A stretch of 63,000 nucleotides of DNA, filler included, from Squatina squatina (Eukaryota): assembly GCA_031763465.1 (NCBI GenBank). It is 4 parts of 4 records of this genome, joined end to end, with 100 filler letters (N's around TTAATTAATTAA, not from the genome) between each part and the next. Parts side by side here need not be neighbours in the genome. Positions count along the whole stretch, not along the records: positions 14,203 to 28,948 come from JARFOE010000219.1; 3 more parts are not named here. One strand, written 5' to 3'. A program made the translations under genes and the position numbers. The stretch's first letter is position 1. Each line of letters begins with the position of its first letter. A model generated the notes under the pieces. It did not search any database, had not been told where the DNA came from, and saw only the letters and a list, made by a program, of their open reading frames with translations. Positions 14,103-26,345 of this stretch are shown here, piece after piece.

Positions 14103-14202
14103 NNNNNNNNNNNNNNNNNNNNNNNNNNNNNNNNNNNNNNNNNNNNTTAATTAATTAANNNNNNNNNNNNNNNNNNNNNNNNNNNNNNNNNNNNNNNNNN
14201 NN
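14103..14202. other. Artificial scaffold-joining linker
   Basis: N44-TTAATTAATTAA-N44; the 12-mer gives stop codons in all six frames; identical structure at 28949 and 48447. Confidence 0.95.
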
Positions 14203-16483
14203 CCTAGCTAATGAAATAAATATATACATGCAGCACAAGAAAGCAGCAACGGCAACAGTGCAAAGTAGGGGCTCAGAGAGAAGGGTTTCATTACTGAAGT
14301 ACAGGCTGCCAGCAGATTGGTTTACGCTGCACTCTCTGGAGACTTGGAGGAACAAGACAGCATTTCACAACTAGAGCAAAGGAATGTTGCACCATATTAT
14401 TCAAGATATCTAGTCTTTATTTAAGTGCAAACTCTCTATCCAAAAAAAAAAGTATCAACTGATTTCCATGACTAGCTCGTCACATTTCTGTAGTACAGTA
14501 TTAAGCAGTGTACAGCAATGCAAAAGCTTACAGCACAACTCACCTTATGAATTCACTTTAAAAGTATCTTTCTACAAACCCGGGTAGGATCGGCAGGCAC
14601 ATGCCTAGAAGTATCCAATAGAGCAGTACACGTCTATATTCGGCTCAGCTGGTCAGTACTTAATTTGCTGCACAAAGTGCCTCCCAGTAAGCTGACATTC
14701 TTGTTACTCCACCCACAACTCAACAAAAATAGGCAAGCCTTCTTGGGCCTGGAATTTCTCAGCAGCAGCAAACTGATAAATGAAGGCCCAAACCTGCAAA
14801 ATGTTGGCTAATGGCTTAGTTTTAGGCGTTACCCTGAGCTGGAGACAAAGATTAACTGCTCTGTGCGCCAGCTCTCAGACGGGTACCATTAACTGCTTAC
14901 TCATCCAGCCAGTTTACTCCAGTACTGTGAGTTATTAAAGCAGATAGAGAACCAGCAAACATTTCCTGCTAATGATCTTATATATTGTGAAAGATTGGGA
15001 CATATACAACAGTGTTCATAGTTGCTTTGAGTATATCCCAATAAAATTTAGCACAAGTATAATTTTGATTTAATTTATTAGTCTTTTCCTTCCTCCTCTC
15101 CTAAAAGTGTTGATCCTTGCTGAGGTATGAGAGAAAATTTAATAAGTTAGCGCTCCCAGTGAAGGGCCCACTCAACCGGAGGGCAAATCGGAAGTCAACA
15201 TGTATGATTTGCAGCACTGCCAATTTTCTGGTCATTAAAACTGATAACTGGGCTGTAAATCAGGCTGACCTCCATGCCAGATTGCCCATCTCATTCAGCA
15301 AGACTCAAGGTTCCATTGGTACTGGTGGCTCTCCGGTATATCACTCAATGTTGACAGAGTGCGCTCGTCAGCAATTTGGGAAGCTACACAGTTGAATTCG
15401 ATTACGCTCTCACTTGAGATCTATGTACGCATAAATTCAGCGGGTGGTCCCTCAGAAGCAATCAGGCGCAGGAGCACTGGAAGTGCTTTCCTTTCCAGCT
15501 GGACTTGTTCTCTCCATCTCTTTCATCTGTTCACGTACTGGACCCACACTCGAAGGGACAGCAAGACAGTGTAAGGGCTACAGCTCTGTACCTCTGATTC
15601 TCTAACCGGCACTCTCTTTGAGCACGACTGTCTCTGGGAGTATGGGTTTGGGAATTTACCCTATATGTAATTGCATGACTAACAGCCCTCAAAATATCAT
15701 ACTTTTATTCAGATTTCTAGAAACCAAGGTCCCAATATTTATGGGGAGGTGGGGAGGGAATGGGGGAGTGAAGGGAAACCTGGAAATTGCAGGAATGTAG
15801 TGGTCCTGAAATTTTAACCGCAGGACCTCAATATCATTTTTACTCCGTTTCCTCACCCAGCCACCGGAGATCAGTAGTAGAAGGCCGCAGCCAGGGACCA
15901 CTGGGGAAACCGGAAAGTGTCGGAGTTTGTTGATGGGGGGGGGTGGGGGGTTCGGAGCACAGCAATCAGGAGGGAGGGACAGATTGTGGCGGGGGTCGGG
16001 GGGANNNNNNNNNNNNNNNNNNNNNNNNNNNNNNNNNNNNNNNNNNNNNNNNNNNNNNNNNNNNNNNNNNNNNNNNNNNNNNNNNNNNNNNNNNNNNNNN
16101 NNNNCTTGGGGTTAATCTTTAATTCCTGGAGACTCCAGGCCAATCCTGGAGCTGGCAACCCTGTTCAGACCTCAGATTAATATCTTTTCAAAAGGCAGCA
16201 CCTCCAACAATGCAACAGCTCCCTCAGAGTTGATGTAGATTATGTGCTCAACGGCTTTCTGACTCAGAGATGAGAGTGCCAACAACTGAACCAAACTAAT
16301 AGCTCTAAGTGCGATAAGGTGTGCAGCAAAGTCTTTCTATTGTATTCAATTTTTATCATTTAAAATTAACGACAATGAAAAAATTTTGACATACGTAAGC
16401 GGGGAAGCCATCTTACTGTAGAATAGTAAACGAGTAATAATATTTTAATTCGTTTTTTAAATGCTACTATATTTGTTTCACAG

Positions 16484-16595
16484 AAAAGCTTATAGAATCC
16501 TTCGAATTGGCATTTTGCAGACGTTGATTCTACTGCCAGTGCTTCAGTTCATTTCTGCAGTCTTGTGGGCCAATGGAAAATATAGCAGTGGAGAG
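16484..16595 (+). CDS. OST-alpha (SLC51A)-like transporter exon (112 nt)
   Basis: tttcacAG acceptor and GTAACT donor; (R)KAYRILRIGILQTLILLPVLQFISAVLWANGKYSSGE aligns with the recalled SLC51A segment RKKLQLLMLGPFQYAFLKITLTLVGLFLVPDGIYDPAD. Confidence 0.75.
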
Positions 16596-17806
16596 GTAAC
16601 TTTTGGGATTTGCTTGTTTCAAAGCAAATGTGCATATCTTATAAACAGTGTCAAGTAAGTGCAAAATCTATAATACGGAAATTCACTCGGGGTTTATTCA
16701 AGGCTAATTTCATGAACAAATGAGTTTGCATCAGTTTTTAACAAAACTAAAGTAAATTGATAAAGTGTTTAATGACCCTGGGGAGGGGGTTTTGATCTTT
16801 ATTTAAATAATACCTAACAGCATTTTCATTGCCTAAATAGAATATATAATACTAAGATGTAAAAATCAAAAGTATTCCACTTATAATTTGCTGATGCATT
16901 TGTACTTTGCCTTTATTGCTTTAGGGTTGCGAAGTTGAATTACTTATTCATTATAGCTTCAACGTCCCCACTGTTGCACATTCTTTATTTATATCTTGTA
17001 ATTTTGTTTCAGCAGGTGAATATTCTGTCCTGTTTTTTCTCTCCACTAAAAAGAGTGTTCCAGTTAATTTTTCAGAATTTAGGACTCAAATTAAGTGCTT
17101 ATTGAAAAACATCCTGAGAGCACTTGTTTCTTGGCCAAATCAGAGCATGTTTGTAAATGTAATTAAATGCTACAATGTTCCCAATCATGGCCGGAATCTT
17201 CCCAGCCCTGCGAGTGCGGGTTTGGAGGCTCTCAAAATGGCCCTGATTGACAGCGGGTCGGGATCCTGCTAGAACCGCCTCCTTGTAAGTTTCTTGCCGG
17301 TGCAAACTTGACAACAAGCGGCGGGACAGTTAAAGTATTTAGCAGCTACTTATCATTAAAAGCAGGCACTTACCATTTTACCAACTTTTTATCTGGTTTG
17401 CCATCGCTCCTGGAACATGTCAGGTAACTGGATTTGAGTTTGCAGTGAGTCTCCATTCCTTTGACTAGTTGACAGCTGCTGATGTGGTATAAAATCTAGC
17501 ATTTCACAGCTGTTCACTTTGCAATGTCATAAGGTAAAGCCTTCAGGATTTGGAACTTACCTTTCAGCTGCATGCAGTTTTGAAGAGTTTGAAGTGAACT
17601 CTCAGCTGTCAGCTCCTTGGAGCAATCTCTCTCACCATTGACAGATCGCTTCTGTCATCTCAGCTTTACCTGCCAGCAGCATCGGAGCCCTTAACACTAT
17701 TTCTCCNNNNNNNNNNNNNNNNNNNNNNNNNNNNNNNNNNNNNNNNNNNNNNNNNNNNNNNNNNNNNNNNNNNNNNNNNNNNNNNNNNNNNNNNNNNNNN
17801 NNNNNN

Positions 17807-18122
17807 CTGGGGAGTCCAGAACCAGGGGTCACAGTCTCAGAATACGGGGTTTGCCATTTAAGACTGAGATGAGGAGAAATTTCTTCACTCAGAAGGTGGT
17901 GAACCTGTGGAATTCTCTACCACAGAAGTGGAGGCCAAGTCATTAAATATATTCAAGAAAGGAGATAGATATATTTCTTGATACTAAAGGCATCAAGGGA
18001 TATGGGGAGAAAGTGGGAATATGGTAGAGTTAGAGGATCAGCCATGATCGTATTGAATGGTGATGCAGGCCTGAAGGGCCGAATGGCCTACTCCTACTCT
18101 TATTTTCTATGTTTCTATGTTC
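17807..18122 (+). mobile_element. CR1 LINE 3' end
   Basis: SRTRGHSLRI...FKTEMRRNFFTQKVVNLWNSLP, then the 3' UTR hairpin 'gaagggccgaatggcctactcct' and a (TTTCTATG)n tail. Confidence 0.9.
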
Positions 18123-18370
18123 CATAGCAATTTACAGCCAATGAAGTATTTTGAAGTGTAATCACTTATAATGTAGGGAAACGTTGTGGCCAATTTGCAC
18201 ACAGTGAGGTCCCTGCAATGAGATAAATAGCCAATTAAATTGCTTTAATGATGTTGGTTAATGAATACATATTGGCGAGGACACCAGGGAGAACTCCCCT
18301 GCTCTTTGAAATAGTGCCTTGGGATCGTTTACATCCACATTCAGGTGAATGAGATGGACCCGGTCTGTCG
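18123..18370 (-). mobile_element. Deu-domain SINE fragment
   Basis: Reverse complement of the SINE body at 7520-7897. Confidence 0.7.
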
Positions 18371-18479
18371 TCCTCGAGCAATTCCTGTGTGACACTGTTT
18401 TGTGACCAGAGAAGCGTTACAGACAGTGCTGATTTGTGTATGGTGCGCACGCAGGCAGATTCATTCATGTACCCCTCGT

Positions 18480-18935
18480 ACCTCTCCATCCCTCCTTTCT
18501 GTACATCTGGCTCCAGGTCTTTGTTCTAATCTCCATATATTTGTCTGTCTTCCTTTTGTATTTATCTTTGTGTTTATCTCCTGGTTACCTTGGTCTCCGC
18601 TCCAAATTTGTGTCTCTCTGCTTCTCTCCCGTGTGTATGTTTGCCTCCCTCGCTCTTTGATGTGTGTCTCTCTCTCCCCCTCTGTTTGTGCCCCTCTTGG
18701 TTCCATCTTCTATTTCCTCTGTGAACGGGGGTTTTGTTGCTGTCACTGTGTGTGTCCTTTTGTCTCTCTCTCTCTCTCTCATCAGTATCTGTGTGTGTCC
18801 TTGTGTCTCGGTGTTTCTCTCTTCTGTGTGTCCTGCTCCTTTTTATTTTCTTTCTCTCCTGGTTAATGTTTTTTTTTTGTTCGGTTCCACAGTTCTGATC
18901 TGTCCACACATCTCTTTACTCCCTCTTTCCTCAAC
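18480..18935. repeat. Degenerate (CT)/(GT) low-complexity tract
   Basis: Strongly A-poor plus strand with mixed TC and TG dinucleotide runs. Confidence 0.85.
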
Positions 18936-19793
18936 CACTTACCTTATTCTTAAATATTGACATGGTCTTCACTTTAATCATTATCAGTGCATATCTTACT
19001 AAAAACGTTTTTCAGGCTTTCTCTCGTCACNNNNNNNNNNGACATAGTTTCTGCTTCAACCACTAACCCTAGAATTGAATTCCATAGCCTCACAACTCTG
19101 TGTGAAGATGTTTTTTTTGTCTTCTGTTCTAAATCTCTTGCATTTAATCCTGTATCTATTTACTCTTGATCACTGGAAACCATCTATTTCTATCAGCTCA
19201 ACTGCAGAGGTCAACTGCACACCTCAGAGAGTCAATGTCAGCAAGAAAACTTAAATCGATATTGGTATCAGTGCGAATGCCACGAGATGCACTTTATTAT
19301 ACGGGCAGCAATTATTTTAAAGGGACAGGCACATCTAATCCTGAAGTGGCCAAATTTGCCCAGTTTGAGGTTGAAAGTTGGTTTGATATTCATCCTTGGG
19401 AGACAACCTTTCCCAGGCCTCTGCCAAATATATCCTACAGTTGTTAGATGATGCTTAAAAACAGCATGAAGTGCCTCACCTCCATCTGACGCCTTCCCTA
19501 AACTGCTCTGGTAAAATCAACAACTTTTGGAATTGCTTATGTCATGATACTGAGCACAGTACAAACATATATATGAATATACCACACTACTGGTCTCCTC
19601 AATTTAGGGCTTCATCCAAGTAAACTGCAATGTTTGCCTTCTCTTAACTTAAATCAATGCTCATTGAGGTCTCTAATTATATCATGTATTGGTAGAAATG
19701 GAGCATTTTTGTTTTGTGATGTGGTAGAACAATCTTAACATTGCAGTCAAAAAACCAGAACTTCTTTTGAGCAAGAGAAACTTTGTGTTACAG

Positions 19794-20049
19794 GTACATC
19801 CAACCAATCCCCTGTTTTACATCAAGATCCTGCTGAACGTATCTGCTTTATTGTCCTTGTATGTGTTTAACTTGCTCCTGAAGGCTGCCTTTGGAATTGC
19901 AGAAGCAGGCTATCATCTTGTGGCCAAATATGCAATTATAATCACCTATACCATCCTCAACAATCTGCAGCCACTGATTTTAGACTGCCTTGCAACCTAT
20001 AATGTCATTCCCTGTGTGAGTCTATATTCCTCAAAAGGCAGAGCTACAC
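19794..20049 (+). CDS. OST-alpha (SLC51A)-like transporter exon (256 nt)
   Basis: ttacAG acceptor and GTAAGT donor; phase-compatible with exon 16484-16595; VHPTNPLFYIKILLNVSALLSLYVF...AKYAIIITYTILNNLQPLILDCLATYNVIPCVSLYSSKGRAT matches the SLC51A pattern AKF...LQP.I...LA....I.C...YSSK.R. Confidence 0.8.
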
Positions 20050-21805
20050 GTAAGTAGATCCTCTATTAATATTCATGATTTAACAAGTGATATTTCATGT
20101 GAAACAGCATAGGCAAGATATTAAAAGCATGGAAATCTTCTTAATATATTAACAATGACAATGCTTATATTAACTTGTACTTGATACAAAAGTGATAGGT
20201 TTCAGTATTGTGTGCAATAGTGTTGTTGTGATTCTGAATGTGGACTATTCCTCTGAAAATTTTGTCAGGATTTTTATTCCACTTCAAAACTATAACTAGG
20301 TTCAGATCTGCAGTTAAATCATGCTGAAAAGTACTAATATAAATATTCAGCACCTTCCTATTCCTATATTTTTCAAAAATCTCTTTCTCCTTTCATAATT
20401 TCCTTCACGCAGGTTAATGCCCAAGTTAAGTTTCAGGTTTATCTGAATTTTGAGCATCTCAACCAAATTGAGTAAAAAGTGAATGTGGCAGATATTTGCT
20501 AGATTAGGACAAATAATTTGATGTGGATATTAAATCTGGAACTCATTCTGACTGATCACTTCCTGCTGTAAGCCATGTTGGTTAAACAAAATATTGCTGG
20601 TTGTATGTGCATTGCTGGAACATATTGTTTGTCAGTGCATAGGAACCTACTGAGCATAATACAAACAGCTTATATATGAAGACACAATACCACTGGTCTC
20701 CTCAATCCAGTCCCTTGCAATACTTACCTTTCTTAACATAAACCAATGCTAAATCAGGTGCTAAATGCACAGCGAGGGATCCAGCACCAGAAATGCATCG
20801 TCCACCATATTGAATCGGGCATACCATAGTCATCCAGGATGTGCGCCAGAAGCATGCAAGGACTTCATTATAATACATAAATAAGGGTCCTACACTGGTT
20901 TTATGGTCCTTTTGTGAAATTGGTCTGGCACAATGCCTGACTCGCCGTGTGATAAGCTTTGCTTAGCAAATCATGACACAGTCAAGAAGGTCCTGGCAGG
21001 AGTGNNNNNNNNNNNNNNNNNNNNNNNNNNNNNNNNNNNNNNNNNNNNNNNNNNNNNNNNNNNNNNNNNNNNNNNNNNNNNNNNNNNNNNNNNNNNNNNN
21101 NNNNGATACCTGTCATGTATTGCAAACGATATTTGAGTAACAGTACATAAAGTAGATCTTGGATCTTTGCCAATACTAGATACTCTAATATTGCACTTGT
21201 AATTTGCATCATTATGCAAAACAAAACTTCAAAGAGCAATATTTTTGTTAAGAGATTTTACTCATGTAAAATTAATTTAAAAAATTACATTGCAACAATC
21301 CATGTTACATACTTCAAGCTTCAGATAACTTAGAAAATTATAGGTTAATTAACATCTTTGAAAGAAAGCGTATAAAAAGCAGTGCAAATAAAATTGTGAT
21401 ATACATGCCAAATATTTTCATGACTTTCCAAAAGTACATTTTACAGAGAAAATCTTGGCTTCAGAACTGAACTTCTTTCAGTCTTAAAGCTCCATCTCAA
21501 CATGATACAAGAGTGCTTTGCAAGCAAAAAAATCTATAGTGTCACAACCTACAGAAGATAAGCGCAAAAGATTCATCCCACCAGACAAGGTACATTATGT
21601 TTAATTGCACTGAAGAATGAGGAGAAAATTAATCAGGAATACCTGAATAAAGTAGGAGATAATGTCCGAAAGTTAACAGTCTTCAAACAAAAACTTTGGC
21701 GTAACAAAATAGAGTGCCAGGAAACTCCTATTTAAGACAAACACTTAAGTTTCTTGTAGAAATGTTCCTGGTGGTCTTTAACAATCTTTCTTGCAGCCCT
21801 TAAAT

Positions 21806-22523
21806 TCATTGGTTTCCTTTCAATCCATCATACCATTCTTGTGCACTGATCTTAAGCACTCTTATCTTTTGTTTGTAGTGGTATTCCTTCAGGTAAGCTT
21901 TCAATGACGGTGGGACAGGAAGAGCACCAATGCCTTCATAGGTTGTGTGGCTGCAAATTACAGCTCTGCAAAGGTGCTGAAGTGAAAATGGAAAAGTCCT
22001 GTTTAGTGGAAGTGACAACAGTGGCTCAAAGAACATACACGAGTTTGGGTCCCTGTAATGTTCCAAGAGGCCAGTTACATTGGGTGCATGAAAAACACAA
22101 GGATCATGGGCATCAAAGCTGAAGTTATGATTCCATTGTTCAATTCTAGCATGGAGAGAGCGGCTGTAACGTCTGAAACTGACAGAGAAAAGATAGTCCT
22201 CTTGAGCAGAGTCTCTGAGCAAGTATGTACCTTCTGGTTTACCGTCCAACAGAGCCTCAGCTCCATATCTATCCATTACACCCCAGTAACATGGATTATT
22301 ACTGATCCGAAATAGATCTGGGACTAAGCGGTAGATGTAACCAAATTGGGTATGGTATTTGTGAAAGGGCGCTAGCCAACTGCAATCGTCAAAATCCAAT
22401 TTGGTATTATTCTGATTTTCAGAATCTGTGAAAAGAGCCAGCAGCTCCTCATCAGTGTCTGAATCATTTGAAGGAAAGGCAATGCTATTATCACATTCTA
22501 ATTCATTCATTCTAGGCTCCACC
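21806..22523 (-). CDS. SOCS4: Suppressor of cytokine signalling 4, 3' part (SH2 + SOCS box); 5' part lost in the gap
   Basis: [10 protein letters not shown]...[34 protein letters not shown]...FSLQHLCR...YLKEYHYK; RRYSRSL and the DSDTDEELL segment are SOCS4-type rather than SOCS5-type; adjacent WDHD1 matches known SOCS4 synteny. Confidence 0.93.
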
Positions 22524-25500
22524 NNNNNNNNNNNNNNNNNNNNNNNNNNNNNNNNNNNNNNNNNNNNNNNNNNNNNNNNNNNNNNNNNNNNNNNNNNNNN
22601 NNNNNNNNNNNNNNNNNNNNNNNCTACTCTAGTGGTTCTAAAGTCCCACTAATGATGAACTGAGTATTTGTTGTTAGCAAATTCACAATGGTAAATAACA
22701 AGCTTTTAAAAAAAAACTTCACTTGGGCTCGCCTCTCATTTAAGCATATCCACATCAAATCAGCCAATTCAGAAAAACCTTTCATGCCTGTCGGCTACAC
22801 CCAGACAAAACCACTTAATTTCACTGACGTGCTATAACACTACACACATTAGCATCCATTATTTTTGTCTTTTTCAAGTGTTGAAATACAAAACCTGGAC
22901 CACTTCAGTCTTCTTTTAAGGTGAAAAATTAGCACAGTCAAAACTCACAAGCCATGAGCCAATGTGTGATTGATGAATCCATCTATAGATGGCTTTGGCA
23001 GCATAAGTAGGATCTAGTCTAATTCAGTGCATCCTAACCATCAAGGTTCCTGTGCCCTATCTTCAATTAGGGATTTCAAAAAAATAAGGAAAAAATTAAA
23101 ATAAAGTGATGCATATGGAACATACATTCGTCCCGGTCAGTGGCAAAGTGACGGCATCATCTAAACAGGATCTCCAGTATCAAGTAGGCTAAGCAGCCAA
23201 TCACATTCAAGAATGTTCACAAACAGCAAACCAGGAAATAAAAAGCAGGTTTTATCATTTGCTTTTTAATCATTTTACAGAAAGCAAAATAAAGATTGGG
23301 ACATGCACATGGGGCAAATGGGGCTGAAATACCATAATCAGAATTTTTAATTAAAAAATTATTTTTAAAAAGTATGGAATTTTTGTCATGGAATGGGAGG
23401 AATGGCCAGAGAGGTTGTTCAGTGGTAATTATGACATAGTACGCCATTAAAAAACTCAGTTACACCTGAAAGCTTAATATTTTCAATGGTTTTTAAAGTG
23501 CGAATAGTGTGTTAATAGTTGAAGTTCACGTCAAAATAGTGATTTCTAATTGATTTCACCTGCAAAGATTGAAACAGCGCAACCTGTGGAGGAGCAGGGC
23601 ATCACTGACATCAACTTCCGGATTTCCATGTTTCACTGCGCATGTGCTGACACCAGAAATTGCAGTCAGTTTTACCCAGTAATGACGGCAAGAGCTGAGA
23701 GTCCCAGATCAACATTTGGTGAGTTTTAACTTACTTTTAGAACCCATTTCCACCGAACTGGCTCCCTGTACAAATCAACTGTAGCTTGAGAACTGACGTG
23801 AATAATCACAGATTTGTCACTGCCTCTTTGAATTGCTGTCATATCCATTAACAGCTACATTTTGCATTGATGAAATGAAACGTCAGTATTAGATACTGGG
23901 ACCTAACAGAAAAGCGAAGCATTCATTTGCTTACAGCACTCTTTATGGAATCTTATATACCTTTAGGACAAACCTACATTTTTATTTTAGCAGTAAAATA
24001 TATTCATTATTTAAATATAGAAAATGTTTAAGCTACAAACCATGGTTGTCATGGTGATAATGAGTTTCAATCAGATAATGTTTTCTAAGGCTTTGAATGA
24101 AGTGTTTCATTACACTTGAAAAGGCCTGTGTACTTGTGACTCTTAAAGAAAATAACATAGATCAGTTGACAGATATCAGTAAGATTAATGTTCGTCACAA
24201 TGATGCAAGCAACTACTTTCTGAATCAGGCTTTAATTAAGTGAAAATGAGCTGCATCTCTGAGTGGTTGATGCAGATTTGCAACTAAATTGTTGATGCGT
24301 TTGCATTGAAAGAATCTGTCAAATACCCCAGAAACAATGTACAGGTACAGGCATTCATTTCACATACTTGTTGGAAGGTGCAGTGGACGTATGTATTATT
24401 ACAAATGATCAAAATACAGAAGTGACATTTTTGTTGGCCACAGTTTTCCTTGTTTAACGGGCAGTCAAACTGTTCTACAAGACTGCTTTAGAGGAAGGAT
24501 ATAGCATATAGTGTTCGTACCAGTGTCAGGTGTCATTACTTGGACAGGTTAAGAAAGCCACCTGAGGAGTTAACTAAAATCAAGAACCATACGTCCATCA
24601 CTCCGCAACAAACTGGTTGTTCTAAACTCAGACTAAGCCCGAAATATTGAATTTGGCAAACCATACTCAACAGTCCATCTCCACCGCAATTATTGAGTTG
24701 GCCCACTGTGGGAAATTGTTATAATATTCTAAATATTTATTGAAACATTAAAATCTTGCCAGTGAACTAGAAGTGAACTGCAAATATCTGTATTTTTTTT
24801 TATATTCAGGCATTACATACAACATAAATTTTGCCAGTTACAGAGAGATTTACAGAACCTTTTGTTCAAATATGAACAGATCACAGGATCGTGTTGTTTT
24901 AATTATTTGATTATATTAATAATTAAAGGGGCCTTGCCATCAGATTATGGCATTTTCAGCAAGACTGTGCTCTTGCAAAAGCAAAGAACAACTTGCACAA
25001 AGATCTGTCCAAGTTCCACTGGCTGAGCTTCCTGAGTAAGTTTATACTGATATTATATCTTCTGCAGCAGGACCACTTCTGGTCACGTGGTTTCCTTTTA
25101 TTTGTGTTATTTTATAGTGAAATTATCCTCTTTTCTTAAGTTTGGAGTGCATATGATAAGCGATCCGATGACATATTGGGGTGACTTTACCACCTGCGTG
25201 TTACTCATCGCCTGGACAGAACAGAAAGAGGAAACATTGATGGTGGTCGTCAGTTTTCTAGCCACAGTCAGAGCAGTATGAGAAGATGAGTGAGACGCAC
25301 GTCTTCCTGCATTATGTGATATCTCTGCTCTATTGCCTCTTTGATGAAGCATACTCCTCTATGAAGGGGGTAATATCTGGTGGAGTGGATGCTTGTTAAA
25401 TGCTGCATGACTCACCTTTGCTCCATTCTGTGCTGCTGCTCCTCCTCCTCCTCCTCCTCCTCTTTGTTGTGACATTCTTTTAACTAACTTTGAGACAGTT

Positions 25501-25734
25501 AGAAATTTAAATGCAAATCAGTTAATTCAGGATCTTTGTATCACAACTAATTAAACAGCAAAGTACACATTTATGTTTTGCTAGTTCTCACTGGAGCTAT
25601 TTCAACTGGCTGCTGCACAGACAATTCCACCATGCTTCTTCAAACGAGAACATCTGCATAAGAAAAAAAAATCAATCAGTGCTTTACTCCTAACTAATGA
25701 TGTAGAGATAAGAGAATGAATCATTCTCGTACTT

Positions 25735-26345
25735 GATTCAGTGGTAGCACTTTCACCTCTGGTCAGAAGCTTACAAATTCAAGCAGCACATCCATGATTT
25801 GAGTATTCAAGTCCCTTCATGAACTCACCCTCTCTATCTCTAACCTGCTCAAGCCCTAGAATCCTCTGAAAACTTGGTGATTTGCTAGTTCTGGCATATG
25901 AATCCCCACTCCCTTTCTTCCAAAATTGGCAGCAGTGTCTTCAGCTCTCTAGGCACTAAACGCAAATTCTCTCCCTAAATCTCTCCACCTCTAAGACACT
26001 CCTAAAAAGCTTTTGGTCACCCTCCCAATATCTTCTACTTTGGCGTCAATTTTTGTCTGATTCTACTTCTGTGAAGTGCCGTGAGGCATTTTTCTATGTG
26101 AAGGTGCTATATAAATGCAAGTATGTAATCCAGGCTGACATTTCCTACCTCCACCCCTTTTTACTTCCACCCAAAAGGACTATCGAAACATCCGAAAGAT
26201 GGCACCTTAAATGATGCATCACTCCCTCTGTACTGCACTAAAGTACCAGCCTAGATTATGTGCTCAAGCATCTGGAGTGGAGCTTGAACCTATGATCTCT
26301 TACACAAGAGACAAGAGTGCTACCACTGAACTAAGGCTGACACTA
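25735..26345. mobile_element. SINE head, L2 3' fragment and inverted SINE head cluster
   Basis: 'cagtggtagcactttcacctctg...ttcaag' head; L2-type tail 'aaggtgctatataaatgcaagt'; minus-strand head ending 'gagtgctaccactgaactaaggctgac'. Confidence 0.6.

Noticed and set aside
14147-14158. Recurring TTAATTAATTAA palindrome as a biological motif or array
   Set aside because: Always centred in exactly 44+44 Ns; it is an assembly linker
18402-18960. Several overlapping 65-154 aa ORFs on both strands
   Set aside because: By-product of a CT/GT low-complexity tract that lacks stop codons
21806-22523. SOCS5 assignment, or a processed retrocopy
   Set aside because: Diagnostic residues and WDHD1 synteny indicate SOCS4, whose CDS is normally intronless
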